NCBI GenBank assembly: GCA_034780895.1
Contig: JAUZTB010000057.1
Span: forward strand, 12,730,365 to 12,794,306
Length of the DNA stretch: 63,942 bases
From: Rhynchobatus australiae
Lineage: Eukaryota
Direction: 5' to 3'
This document shows, piece after piece, positions 63,751-63,942 of the stretch (positions within the stretch are counted from its first letter, which is position 1; each line of letters starts with the position of its first letter). Both the position numbers and the translations under genes were made by a program. The notes under the pieces are model-generated. The model was given only the letters and a program-made list of their open reading frames with translations. It was not told the DNA's origin and did not search any database.

Positions 63751-63942
63751 GGTAATTCATCCGTCTACCAGGATGTGTTGCTGATATACACCTTGTCCTT
63801 GGTGGGACTCACTGCCTCCAGTGCTTCTCCACAGAATACTGCAATATGGGAAGAGAATTAGTTCGAACATCCTTTCATTAATTTGTAAACCTAATATGGT
63901 TTGGCCTCAATTCCACATCAGACAGAAGTCTGCACAATAAAT

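Overview
Vertebrate genomic DNA, most likely from a cartilaginous fish (inferred from the CR1/HER1-like LINEs, tRNA-derived and Deu-type SINEs and Penelope fragments), from a draft assembly with many N gaps. Three protein-coding genes can be rebuilt by hand with canonical GT-AG junctions and consistent phases. (1) An 85-aa BH3-only gene on + (4605-4862) whose sequence, promoter motifs, 3'-UTR intron and position match HRK (harakiri/DP5). (2) RNFT2 (TMEM118; multi-TM, C-terminal C3HC4 RING E3 ligase) on -, 9 coding exons from 39041 to 6751, 436 aa. (3) SPRING1 (C12orf49; S1P/SREBP activation cofactor) on +, 5 coding exons from 39810 to 59068, 205 aa. RNFT2 and SPRING1 share a CpG-rich bidirectional promoter, and HRK is tail-to-tail with RNFT2, the arrangement I recall for human 12q24.22. 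The rest is intronic/intergenic DNA rich in decayed retroelements. Most notable: the putative cartilaginous-fish HRK with a more canonical BH3 and a TGATGTAA ATF site; a tandem repeat that copies the SPRING1 exon-1 splice donor into two in-frame alternatives; two nested insertions with visible target-site duplications; and an about 8.5-kb CpG-retaining domain around HRK. I found no convincing wholly new multi-gene system. Homology calls rest on recalled sequences, not database searches, and repeat boundaries are approximate.
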